Assembly (NCBI RefSeq): GCF_000283555.1
Contig: NC_016012.1
Location: 1,230,001 to 1,262,000 of the forward strand
Origin: Candidatus Arthromitus sp. SFB-rat-Yit
Lineage (GTDB): Bacteria > Bacillota > Clostridia > Clostridiales > Clostridiaceae
Reading direction: 5' to 3'
DNA: 32,000 nucleotides
The translations under genes and the position numbers were made by a program. Below the pieces are notes generated by a model. That model was not told the origin of the DNA. It did not search any database and worked only from the letters and a program-made list of their open reading frames with translations. Below, piece after piece: positions 9,481 through 18,927 of this stretch; the first letter of the stretch is position 1; each line of letters starts with the position of its first letter.

Positions 9481-10887
9481 ATGGTAATCATAGATTCTAT
9501 AATAAATAGCATCGATATAGATTATTTCAAGTTCAATTTAAATTTTCATAAATATGTACTTCAAAAACTAAAGACGGATAATTTCACAATTGATGAAGAC
9601 TTTGAAAGTAAGTTAAATAAACGCATAAAAGTTTTAAGCACGATAAATGGTACATGCCCTAATATTTTAAAATTTTTCATAAATGATGATTATATACAAT
9701 ATAAAGATGACCTAACTAATGAAAACCTAGTAGAATTAATAAATATTTTTTCTGATGATACACCAATAAAATTAAGTGCAAATCTAATTGTATTTAACGA
9801 AGAGCGTTGTATTGAAAGATCATTAAATGCTATTTCCACTTTCGCCGATGAAATATTAGTTTTAGATACAGGATCAACAGATAATACAGTAAAAATAATC
9901 AAAGAAAAATTTCCAAATGTTAAGCTATATAAAGATAAATGGAGAAAAGATTTTGCATACTCAAGAAACTTATTAATAGATAGATCCAATAATGATTGGA
10001 TATTATCTATAGATGCAGATGAAACCCCAACAGATGAATTTTATCTCATAAAAGATGTTATTTCATTATTTAATAATTTCAACTCAAACGAAAAACATCC
10101 ATTGGTATTTTCTCCAACAATAGATTCACTGGGTCAAAAAATAAATACTACAAAAAGAATTTTCAATAAAAAACATGAGATGAAATTCGATGGCAAAATT
10201 CATGAAGAAATCGTATCTAAAAATGAATCAGAAATCAATTACATTATGCTTAATTTAACACTTCTTCATGATGGATATCATCCTGAAGTATTTAAAAGCA
10301 AAAATAAAGCTGAGAGAAATACTGAGATACTTGAAAAAATGATAAAACTTGAACCTAATAAAATTAGATGGTACTACTTCCTTGGACGTGAAAAAAATAT
10401 ATTAGGTCATGATATAGATGAATGTATAAAAATATTGAAATCAGGATTAAAATTAAAACATACTCAAAATTCCATTGAAAACTTTTATTATAATATTCTA
10501 ACACTCTTAGCTAAAATAGCTGTATCACATAAAAAATATGATTTATTAAAAGAAGTCATAGATCTTATGGAATACGAAATACCAAACTCACTGGATAGCT
10601 TTTATTTTCAACTCATACTTGAAAATGATTCTGTAATGAGTGATAAATTTGATCAAATAAACTCAATGGTTAAATCAATAGGAGATATAACAAATAAGGT
10701 TAACACAATAGATGGAACTTATTCTCATGTTCTTCACACTCTCGGGATTATATATCTTAGTTTCAGAGATTATACAAGAGCATTTTATTATTTTAATCAA
10801 ATAACATCCCCCAAAAATATAGAAGCAATTAAATATATTTTAATTCCTCTAAGAAGTCAAATAGATGATTTCTTAAAAAATAAATAA
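9481..10887 (+). CDS. Family 2 glycosyltransferase, SunS-like (tentative subfamily)
   Basis: 468 aa; SANLIVFNEERCIERSLNAI, EILVLDTGSTDNTVKIIKEKFPNVKLYKDKWRKDFAYSRN, ILSIDADETP, FDGKIHEE, HDGYHPEVFKSKNKAERN, C-terminal helical repeat region; RBS GAAAGGTGG. Confidence 0.85.
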   Translation: MVIIDSIINSIDIDYFKFNLNFHKYVLQKLKTDNFTIDEDFESKLNKRIKVLSTINGTCPNILKFFINDDYIQYKDDLTNENLVELINIFSDDTPIKLSANLIVFNEERCIERSLNAISTFADEILVLDTGSTDNTVKIIKEKFPNVKLYKDKWRKDFAYSRNLLIDRSNNDWILSIDADETPTDEFYLIKDVISLFNNFNSNEKHPLVFSPTIDSLGQKINTTKRIFNKKHEMKFDGKIHEEIVSKNESEINYIMLNLTLLHDGYHPEVFKSKNKAERNTEILEKMIKLEPNKIRWYYFLGREKNILGHDIDECIKILKSGLKLKHTQNSIENFYYNILTLLAKIAVSHKKYDLLKEVIDLMEYEIPNSLDSFYFQLILENDSVMSDKFDQINSMVKSIGDITNKVNTIDGTYSHVLHTLGIIYLSFRDYTRAFYYFNQITSPKNIEAIKYILIPLRSQIDDFLKNK

Positions 10888-10915
10888 AGTGAAGTTCAAA
10901 TGAACTTCACTTTTT
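10888..10915. terminator. Bidirectional intrinsic terminator between convergent genes
   Basis: AGTGAAGTTC (10888-10897) / GAACTTCACT (10902-10911), AAAT loop, T-tract on +, T-rich downstream on -. Confidence 0.85.
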
Positions 10916-10920
10916 ATATA

Positions 10921-13845
10921 TTATTCAAATTTAATTCCTAATGTAGTTGCCATCGCTCTTACTTCATCAGTATCTAACATTCTTGATACAACAGCAGCTC
11001 TAGCTTGACTTTGAGGTTCTCCAGCTTGTATAGCTTTTTCGATTTCAGATGTCCAGAAAGTAACCCCTTCAGTTTCTCCAGCTCTATCTACTATAGCATA
11101 CATAGCTTCAACAAAGTTAGTATTGCTTAAGTTTTTCTCCAATAATTCAGGTGTAAACGAAAGTTGTCCTAAGAATCCTTTTAAAGTTTCTTCTTTAGCA
11201 GCCAATTTAGTAGTCCAGTATACTAGACCATCTCTATCTGGCTCTCTTGTAAAGAATGCTCTATAAACTCTTGAAACATATCCAGCTACGCCTGTTTCAC
11301 TTTGTGATTGAATAGTTGTTTTAAACGATGGTACAGTTAAAGTTGTACTCTTATCTCCATATCTTAATATCAATCTAAGATCTGTATAATCTGTATTAGA
11401 ATTAAGATCTGTTAACTCAATTACATTACTAGTAACATTATAAGTTGCTTTAACTCCATTAGATCCAGTTCCCGTAACTTCAACAGATATCATTTCTTTA
11501 TCAGTATTTTTAATCGTTGCGTTAACCGTTGCTGAGTTTGTAGTAACACCAGTTACATTAACACCTGCAGTTGAAACTTCAACTTTTGTAGTTCCAGCTC
11601 TTCCAGTTGCATATCTAGTTATGGCTTGTTGAGTTTTTGTACCATTAGATGGTATTGATCCTAATGCACCAGCTTTATCAGTTCTTATAGATGATACTCT
11701 ATTTCCATCCTCTGAAGTTGAAAACTCAAATTTAAAATCTGTAGATCTTCCAGCTTCAATTCCTGTTATAGTTATTTCAATCATTTCAGAAGCTGACTCA
11801 ACCGTACTCTCACTTCCTGTTATATGAGTATTCTCTAACAATGGATAGTCAATATCATAATCCCCAGATATACTGTTATTACCGTCTACATCCAATCCTT
11901 TAACAACTCTATAAGTTGTCTCAAAACTAACTCTTGAAGGATCTATTCTACTATAACTTCCATTATTATTTACATATACATCAACGCCACTTATGATATG
12001 GTCAGCATCTTTAATTCTTCCATAGAATCTTACTCCACCTGGAATTTGCTCATACTTAAGTTGTGAATCTATCCATAACTCAGATTTATAATCTTTATTT
12101 GTTTTTGCAAATATATTATTTTTTGCGTTATCAATATTTGTAGTTGAGTATGGGAATAACGAATCTCCACTTACAGAGTTATTTCTTCCTAAAGATATTG
12201 GATTTCCATATCTTTCTCTTCCATTTTCATTATAAACAGTTTCAATTGATAAAAAGTCATAACTTCTATCTCTATCTAAATTAGTGATCTCTACTGCAAA
12301 CCAGTTAGATGTAGATTTCTTGCCATCTTCAGATTTAACATTTTTAATAGTATAAGTCTCTCCAGCTCTTAATCCTCTAACTTCAAGTCTTTGTAAATTA
12401 CTAATATCGTCAACTTTAACTAAATAAGTTAATGTATCTAAACCAACATTAGCTTGGTATAATAAATCTCCTTTTACTAACTTGTCAAATCCAAATACTT
12501 GTGAAGTTTGATAATTTGACGTAGATATTGATAAATATTTATCACCTGTAACATAATTAGTAGCTTTCCTATCATCAAACCTTATTCTTTGACTTCTCTG
12601 ATCACCATTTATTGTATAATAAACATCAATATACTCAAAATCATAAGTAGTATTTGCATTTAATCCACCTATTTTAAGATCTCTATACCTTGTACCATGG
12701 TTAACTGTATCACCATTAGAAAGCTTACCAGTTTCAAAATCTCCAATTTGGGCTTCGTAGCTATCTCCACGTCTATCAACTACAGTAGCACCTGTTATAG
12801 TTTTATTTGTATCTTTAAAAAGATCTATTAAAGTTATTGTAGACCCTGTAGACTTAACAAATACATGTTCTCCACTATCAATTACATTATTTCTTCCATT
12901 TGATAACTCTTGATATTGGCTTTGATTACCAACCATCGCATATAAAGAATCAGTTAATATCCAAGTAGAAGTAGGAACTGTAGATATACCTGCGTTATAT
13001 GATATGCTATTTTGAACTGAATAGTTTGTAGCATCAACTTGTCCACTACTATAATTTGTAGCTACTGTCAATTTATCTCTAGAATCTAATTCAATATTAG
13101 TTATTTTTATATCTGTTGGAAGTCCTCTTAGTGTAACATAAATTAAACCATTCTCATCAACTAAAGATCTCAAATCATTAGAATTTGAAATTCTTCCTGA
13201 ATCTGTTTCAGGACAATCTAAGCTAAGCTCATTAAATCTTACAGTTGTTGTTCTAGTTCTACCATCACTCAATTCATAAGTGATTAAAAATCTTACATCC
13301 TGATTGCTATTATTAACAACATCAAAAGCAGTTAACAATTCACTAGCTAATCTTTCTTGATTTTGTGTATTAATTGCAACACCATTATTATGTCTATTTG
13401 CATTAACAGTATTTACGTTATTTCTATGCTCAGATACTGCATCATCAACGTATCTTCTAAACGTTCTTTCTAATTCTCCTGATAATCTTATACCTATTCT
13501 TGCAACTCCACCCTCATTTGCATCAGCTTTATAAGTTTTATTCGTACCGCTAACAGTTGTATCAGAAGTTAAAACCTCAGTTAAAATCTTTTCGATTGAG
13601 AAAACACTTTCTTCTGTCTTCTTAGCATTACTAGCTAATGTAACCTGAGTTGTACTTGTAAAACTATCCACATAACCTTTACTATTTAAAGTCCAACTAT
13701 TCTCATATCTTCCATCATTAATTTCTGCTGCATTAACTTTTATATTATTAACAGGTAAAACTGATAAAGTCATAGCTAACATCGCAATACCTGCAATCAA
13801 TTTTCTTAATTTTAAAGATTTCATACTTATCCTCCTAATTTTCAA
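10921..13845 (-). CDS. Large secreted/surface protein with signal peptide, several beta-sandwich-like repeats and C-terminal DUF4214 modules
   Basis: 974 aa; LRKLIAGIAMLAMTLSVLPVNNIKVNAAE signal peptide; RVYRAFFTREPDRDGLVYWTTKLAAKEETLKGFLGQLSFTPEL and FVEAMYAIVDRAGETEGVTFWTSEIEKAI DUF4214 modules. Confidence 0.88.
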   Translation of the reverse strand: MKIRRISMKSLKLRKLIAGIAMLAMTLSVLPVNNIKVNAAEINDGRYENSWTLNSKGYVDSFTSTTQVTLASNAKKTEESVFSIEKILTEVLTSDTTVSGTNKTYKADANEGGVARIGIRLSGELERTFRRYVDDAVSEHRNNVNTVNANRHNNGVAINTQNQERLASELLTAFDVVNNSNQDVRFLITYELSDGRTRTTTVRFNELSLDCPETDSGRISNSNDLRSLVDENGLIYVTLRGLPTDIKITNIELDSRDKLTVATNYSSGQVDATNYSVQNSISYNAGISTVPTSTWILTDSLYAMVGNQSQYQELSNGRNNVIDSGEHVFVKSTGSTITLIDLFKDTNKTITGATVVDRRGDSYEAQIGDFETGKLSNGDTVNHGTRYRDLKIGGLNANTTYDFEYIDVYYTINGDQRSQRIRFDDRKATNYVTGDKYLSISTSNYQTSQVFGFDKLVKGDLLYQANVGLDTLTYLVKVDDISNLQRLEVRGLRAGETYTIKNVKSEDGKKSTSNWFAVEITNLDRDRSYDFLSIETVYNENGRERYGNPISLGRNNSVSGDSLFPYSTTNIDNAKNNIFAKTNKDYKSELWIDSQLKYEQIPGGVRFYGRIKDADHIISGVDVYVNNNGSYSRIDPSRVSFETTYRVVKGLDVDGNNSISGDYDIDYPLLENTHITGSESTVESASEMIEITITGIEAGRSTDFKFEFSTSEDGNRVSSIRTDKAGALGSIPSNGTKTQQAITRYATGRAGTTKVEVSTAGVNVTGVTTNSATVNATIKNTDKEMISVEVTGTGSNGVKATYNVTSNVIELTDLNSNTDYTDLRLILRYGDKSTTLTVPSFKTTIQSQSETGVAGYVSRVYRAFFTREPDRDGLVYWTTKLAAKEETLKGFLGQLSFTPELLEKNLSNTNFVEAMYAIVDRAGETEGVTFWTSEIEKAIQAGEPQSQARAAVVSRMLDTDEVRAMATTLGIKFE

Positions 13846-14425
13846 AACAAAGTTAAAAATTAATTTCCATTATTTCAGTGAAACTTGTATTGTGACCCTT
13901 CCTTTGTTAAATAATAACATTTGTAATCTTTTTTTAACATATTTGTATTACTTCATTTACCTAATATTTTTTGCTTTATTTTGTTATTTTCTCCTATTTT
14001 CTCTCTTTTTCTTAATTTTTTGTATTTTATACATAAAATAGAGTTTAAAATTGTTTTAAAAAACAATGAAGAGCATCTAAAATAAGATGCTCTAATAAAT
14101 TATCAAACTAAGGCATTACAAAAATATTTTAAAAATCAATCATCAATCGTCAAAGTTATAAATTAAATAAAATCATACTATAACATCACTAAATCTGCCA
14201 GAATATAGGAATAAATATATAGATAACCATACATTAAAAATGTTTATAATCAATAAATAACTATAAATAAAAGTACATATTTATTATACATAATGTATAC
14301 AAAATATTCAATAATATAAATAGTTATTATTTTTAAAAAAATAGATTGATTTATTTTTTCGTTTATTATATTTATTATAATTTATAATTATTCAATATAC
14401 CAATCACAAATCGGAGGATTAGTCA

Positions 14426-15157
14426 ATGAAAAATAAATTAAAATTACTTCATTTTATTATAGTTTATCCATCTATTTGGCTTATCTACTATGTATTTGAA
14501 CTAATATCAAAAAATATTTCAGATACATATAGCATGGTAATGAACTTATTACCAGCATTATTATTATTAATTATTTCATACTTATTTTATAAATACTGTG
14601 AAAAATCTATAATTCTTAAAGATGCTCACTTAACCATAATAATATTAATATTATTTGCAATTGACCAATTATCTAAAATAACTGTTTCTACGATATTTAG
14701 TAAAAATAATATATATTCTTTTAATATAATTCCAAATTATTTATCTATTACTCCAGATTTAAATGATAAAGGCTCATTTATAGCATCTAGATTCAATATA
14801 AACGCTCCTTTTGTGATTTTTATCACTTTGAATTTTTTAATTCTATTATTTATATTTTTTACATACAGATATATTTTCTATAAAAACCAAATAAATTCCA
14901 TAAATCAATTAACTTTTATATTTTTATTTTCAGGTGGTTTATGCTCTCTTATAGACAAATTATTCTGGGGTGGAAGTTTAGATTTCTTGCACATACATAA
15001 CTTATTTATTGCTGATATTAAGGATATTTTTATAACACTTGGTTTATGTAATTTCATTATATATAACATAAATTCAGATTATCAAATTAAAATAAAAGAT
15101 TTAATGAAATTTATAATAAAATTTTTAAAATTTAAAGGAGGTAAACATGAGTCCTAA
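14426..15157 (+). CDS. Signal peptidase II (LspA)-like membrane protein, divergent, with N-terminal extension
   Basis: 243 aa; IDQLSK, SGGLCSLIDKLFWGGSLDFLHI, NLFIADIKDIFITLG reproduce LspA motifs including two Asp candidates; about 2 extra N-terminal TM segments. Confidence 0.65.
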   Translation: MKNKLKLLHFIIVYPSIWLIYYVFELISKNISDTYSMVMNLLPALLLLIISYLFYKYCEKSIILKDAHLTIIILILFAIDQLSKITVSTIFSKNNIYSFNIIPNYLSITPDLNDKGSFIASRFNINAPFVIFITLNFLILLFIFFTYRYIFYKNQINSINQLTFIFLFSGGLCSLIDKLFWGGSLDFLHIHNLFIADIKDIFITLGLCNFIIYNINSDYQIKIKDLMKFIIKFLKFKGGKHES

Positions 15158-16313
15158 TTTTTTAATAGAATTATGTTTAATTTTATTACTTACAAAAGTT
15201 TTAGGATCCATAACAAACAAACTAAGACTTACAAATGTCGTTGGTGCTTTAATAGCCGGAGTAATATTAGGTCCATCAGTATTAAAAATAGTTTCATACG
15301 ATACATTTTGGGAATATGCAGCAAATATAGGTGTAATACTCTTAATGTTTAACGCAGGACTCGAAACAGATATAGATCATCTAAAAAAGGTAGGAATGTC
15401 ATCTTTTTTAATAGCTCTACTAGGAGTTATCATTCCTTTAATTGTAGGATTTTCAATTGGATATTTCATAATGAACTTACCTTATTTAGATAGTTTGTTC
15501 TTAGGAATTATATTTACTCCAACATCTGTTTCTATAACATCTCAAACACTTAAAGACCTTAAAGTATTTTCTTCAAAATCTGGTTCTGCAATTATGGGAT
15601 CTGCAATTATAGATGATATTTTAGGGGTGTTTATTTTAACACTTTTTGGAGGGTCTCTTGGACAAGAAGTTAAAATACAATCAGTTGTAATAGGATTGCT
15701 ATTATTCTTCGTATTTGTATTCTTATTAATTAAATTCTTGCCTCCATTCTTAAATAATTTAAGTATAAATAAGGAACATAAACACAGAATGCCATTATAT
15801 GCCCTTATATTATGTTTTGCTATATCATTTATTAGCGAAGAATTCTTCCATGTTACTTCTATAATAGGAGCATATTTAACTGGTATTGTATTCTCTAAAT
15901 ATGTTTTCCAACATACAGTTTACAAACAACTTAATTATTTAAGTTACTTTATATTCTCTCCTATATTCTTTGCAAGTATAGGAATGCAAACCAAATTATC
16001 ATCCTTCAATAAAACTGTAATAATATTTACTTTAATTCTATTCATAGGTGCTGCATTAAGTAAATTCGTTGCATGTTTTATTACATCAAAAGTATTAGGA
16101 TACAACTTCAAAGACTCCTCACGTATAGGAGCTGGAATGATCTCAAGAGGGGAAGTTGCATTAATAATTATAAATATTGGTATAACTAATCAAATACTTA
16201 GTGAAAATCTAGTTTCACCTCTTATAATAGTTGTAATTTTAACTACAATTATTACTCCAATACTTTTATCTAGGCTTTACGCAAATATGAACAAAGAAGT
16301 TTTAATAAATTAA
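15147..16313 (+). CDS. Cation:proton antiporter (CPA2/KefB-type membrane domain)
   Basis: 388 aa; LRLTNVVGALIAGVILGPSVLKIV, LLMFNAGLETDIDHLKKVG, TPTSVSITSQTLKDL, DDILGVFIL, GAGMISRGEVALII. Confidence 0.9.
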   Translation: MSPNFLIELCLILLLTKVLGSITNKLRLTNVVGALIAGVILGPSVLKIVSYDTFWEYAANIGVILLMFNAGLETDIDHLKKVGMSSFLIALLGVIIPLIVGFSIGYFIMNLPYLDSLFLGIIFTPTSVSITSQTLKDLKVFSSKSGSAIMGSAIIDDILGVFILTLFGGSLGQEVKIQSVVIGLLLFFVFVFLLIKFLPPFLNNLSINKEHKHRMPLYALILCFAISFISEEFFHVTSIIGAYLTGIVFSKYVFQHTVYKQLNYLSYFIFSPIFFASIGMQTKLSSFNKTVIIFTLILFIGAALSKFVACFITSKVLGYNFKDSSRIGAGMISRGEVALIIINIGITNQILSENLVSPLIIVVILTTIITPILLSRLYANMNKEVLIN

Positions 16314-16346
16314 AAAGGGATTAACTTAAATAAGTTAATCCCTTTT
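16313..16346. terminator. Bidirectional intrinsic terminator
   Basis: 16-bp arms AAAAGGGATTAACTTA / TAAGTTAATCCCTTTT with 2-nt centre between convergent genes. Confidence 0.85.
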
Positions 16347-18771
16347 AAACATTTATAATATAAGCATTTCCCTTAAGATAATCAATCTCCCTTTTAGTTG
16401 ATGTAAATAAAATAACTTGTCTATCTTTTGAATACTTTTCAAGTATCATAAGAGCCTTCTTCATCCTATTAGAATCATATGTTAAAAATAAATCATCTAA
16501 AATAAGTGGAATTTCTCCTTTATATTCATAAATAAAATCAGCAATAGTAATCCTCAAAGCAAAATATATAAGATCCCACATTCCACCACTTAAAAATTCA
16601 ATTCCAAGTTTCTCCCTAAGCAAAATCGAACTATTATCCCTATCATATTTATAAATTTTTTTACTTGTACTTATAGAATCTTTTGTTAAATACTTAATTA
16701 AATATTCTACTCTATTGGATATTTCTGATGATAATGTATCTATAAACTCATAATAAATATCAGTAATCCTATTTCTGTACGTATCTATATTAGCTATTTT
16801 ATTTTCTAAATAAAGAATTGTATTCCTAAGATTCAGTATCTCATCATTTATACTACTTACCCTATTTTTATTTGATTCAGCACTCTTTAAACTATCCTCT
16901 AAATATTTTATATCATCATCTATTTCTTTGAGTTCAATTTTTAAAATATTATACTCCTTCTCAACATCTTCTTTATCCTTAAAAACTTCCACATTTGAGT
17001 ATTGTTCAAATAAAGATAATTCATTTATTAAATCACTTTTCTCTCTACCATTTAGCATCTTTAAAAGTTCATTACTTTTACTCTCTAAATCTTTCTCGAT
17101 ATTAGATTTATAATTCAACTTAAATTTCATATTGTCAATAAAATTTTCTATATCCCTAATATAAATATCATCAAACCCAAAATTGGCTAGTATTTCTAAA
17201 ATCTCATCTTCCTTCTTCTTAAAATCTTTAATTACAGATGTATAAGATAAATCTCCACTTTTAAATCTATAACTTAAAGAATCCAATTCATTTTCTATAT
17301 TCTTTATATTTTTAATATCAGTTCTAAGTTTATAGTAAGAATATGGATACAATTCCTTCTCTAATTTAGATATTTGATCTTTAAGTTCATAAAATTTCCC
17401 AGCTTTTCTATGTAAATCCTTATCCCCTATTTCCTTATAATCCTTAAACATCATATAAACATATGACAATCCGATTAATCCAAAAGCAATAAGAGAAATT
17501 AAAATTACACTACTAATATTAATTTTGAATAAAGGGGCTAAAATAGTTATTAAAATTGATACTATTATTATGGATATATATATCTTTAAGTCATTATCCT
17601 TCTGCTTATTTTTTTTCACCCTTGAAATTATCTTATATTGTTTGAGCAAATACGAAAGCCTACCATTCCCCTTTATATTATCTATTTCCTTATTTATCAT
17701 CTCAATTTTTTTGACTCTCTCTGAGTAAAAAAGAAAATTAGATTTAATATCTGAATACCTATCAAGTTGTTTATTTAAATACTCAAATCTTTTTATAGCA
17801 TTGGATTCTTCATCAACATCTATTTTATTTACATTTAAAATCTCTTTTTTACCCTCCCTATAATTAGAGAATTTAGTTATGATATCCTCCATAATAGAAT
17901 TATCTATAATTTTTTCATTCATCTTCGGTATGCTATCATTTACATTTTTAATATCTTGCTTAATTTTATTAATTTCATTTTCAACATTTAAAATATCATT
18001 TACATTTTTTTTGATATCAAGATATTTAAAGTATTTACGTTCATCCCCAATTAATGAATATTTAGTTAACAATACTTCCTTTCTCTTTTTTAAACCATCC
18101 AATTTAGAATAATCTATATTATTAAGATTAACTATCTCAACTGCCCTATGTAACTTTTCATTTAAATCTGAATACTTTTCATATAATTCACCCAAATTTT
18201 CAGATATTTTTATATCTTTTATAATGCACTTTGCCTTATTTATTAACTCAATTGATCTATCAAAAGAAAATCTATTATCAAAATTTTCCTTAATTTTAGC
18301 CACATCAGCCATCAGCTTAAAATTTTTATCTTTAGTCCCAAATTCATCTATATTTTTCAAAAACATAGTTCTATTGAAAGCCTCAAATCCTATGTCCAAA
18401 AATGTCTTTCCAGGTTGATCCAAATCAACATTAAATATTTTTTCCCCATCAATCATTCTTTTAACAATACTAGTATCATTTGATTTTGAAATCCCAAATG
18501 TTCTCTCTATACAATATTCAATATTATTTATCTCAACAATCAGTTCCCCTTTTGTCTTATCTATAAAAAACGGAGAATATTTACGTCTAAATACACTTTT
18601 AAATGCTTTTCTTTCATCATCCATTCCATATAAAAAACAAACTATAAAATTCTGGATAATAAACTTAATTTGATCACTTTCACAATAAACAATATTAATA
18701 CCATTTTCGAAATTTATACTCTTTTTATTTATTAATCCAAAATTATTTATATTAATTTTCTTAATTTTCAT
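16345..18771 (-). CDS. AAA/ABC-ATPase-like coiled-coil protein, YhaN/SbcC-like, with degenerate Walker A
   Basis: 808 aa; N-terminal MKIKKININNFGLINKKSINFENGINIVY, central TM pair IISILITILAPLF...LIALIGLSYVYM, LSGG signature FLSGGMWDLIYFALR, Walker B IPLILDDLFLTYD. Confidence 0.8.
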   Translation of the reverse strand: MKIKKININNFGLINKKSINFENGINIVYCESDQIKFIIQNFIVCFLYGMDDERKAFKSVFRRKYSPFFIDKTKGELIVEINNIEYCIERTFGISKSNDTSIVKRMIDGEKIFNVDLDQPGKTFLDIGFEAFNRTMFLKNIDEFGTKDKNFKLMADVAKIKENFDNRFSFDRSIELINKAKCIIKDIKISENLGELYEKYSDLNEKLHRAVEIVNLNNIDYSKLDGLKKRKEVLLTKYSLIGDERKYFKYLDIKKNVNDILNVENEINKIKQDIKNVNDSIPKMNEKIIDNSIMEDIITKFSNYREGKKEILNVNKIDVDEESNAIKRFEYLNKQLDRYSDIKSNFLFYSERVKKIEMINKEIDNIKGNGRLSYLLKQYKIISRVKKNKQKDNDLKIYISIIIVSILITILAPLFKINISSVILISLIAFGLIGLSYVYMMFKDYKEIGDKDLHRKAGKFYELKDQISKLEKELYPYSYYKLRTDIKNIKNIENELDSLSYRFKSGDLSYTSVIKDFKKKEDEILEILANFGFDDIYIRDIENFIDNMKFKLNYKSNIEKDLESKSNELLKMLNGREKSDLINELSLFEQYSNVEVFKDKEDVEKEYNILKIELKEIDDDIKYLEDSLKSAESNKNRVSSINDEILNLRNTILYLENKIANIDTYRNRITDIYYEFIDTLSSEISNRVEYLIKYLTKDSISTSKKIYKYDRDNSSILLREKLGIEFLSGGMWDLIYFALRITIADFIYEYKGEIPLILDDLFLTYDSNRMKKALMILEKYSKDRQVILFTSTKREIDYLKGNAYIINV

Positions 18772-18853
18772 AGAATTACACGTCCTTAGTAAAAGCTAGT
18801 CTTGTATATTAAGATTTACTACTAAAAATTCCAAAATTTGTTACATCATTAAT

Positions 18854-18881
18854 ATATTATATTCATTAATTTCAATATTGC
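18854..18881 (-). promoter_or_regulatory. Putative promoter of the YhaN-like gene (TTGCAA / 16 nt / TATAAT, minus strand)
   Basis: TTGCAA at 18881-18876, TATAAT at 18859-18854 on minus strand; 14-bp palindrome AATATTGCAATATT (18872-18885) over the -35. Confidence 0.45.
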
Positions 18882-18887
18882 AATATT

Positions 18888-18920
18888 AATAAAAAATGGC
18901 TGCTGTTTAATAAAACAGCA
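18888..18920 (-). terminator. Intrinsic terminator downstream of the carboxypeptidase gene
   Basis: GCTGCTGTTT (18897-18906) / AAACAGCAGC (18911-18920); T-tract on minus strand. Confidence 0.8.
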
Positions 18921-18927
18921 GCATAAA

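Noticed and set aside
9690-9989. 99-aa minus-strand ORF
   Set aside because: Antisense to the glycosyltransferase; no independent support.
14285-14299. Palindrome TATACAT-A-ATGTATA upstream of the LspA-like gene
   Set aside because: Short and AT-rich in a very AT-rich gap; several such matches are expected by chance.
16928-18418. Plus-strand ORFs 16928-17113, 17525-17728, 17879-18112 and 18224-18418
   Set aside because: Shadows opposite the lysine-rich coiled-coil ATPase, a typical artefact in AT-rich coiled-coil genes.
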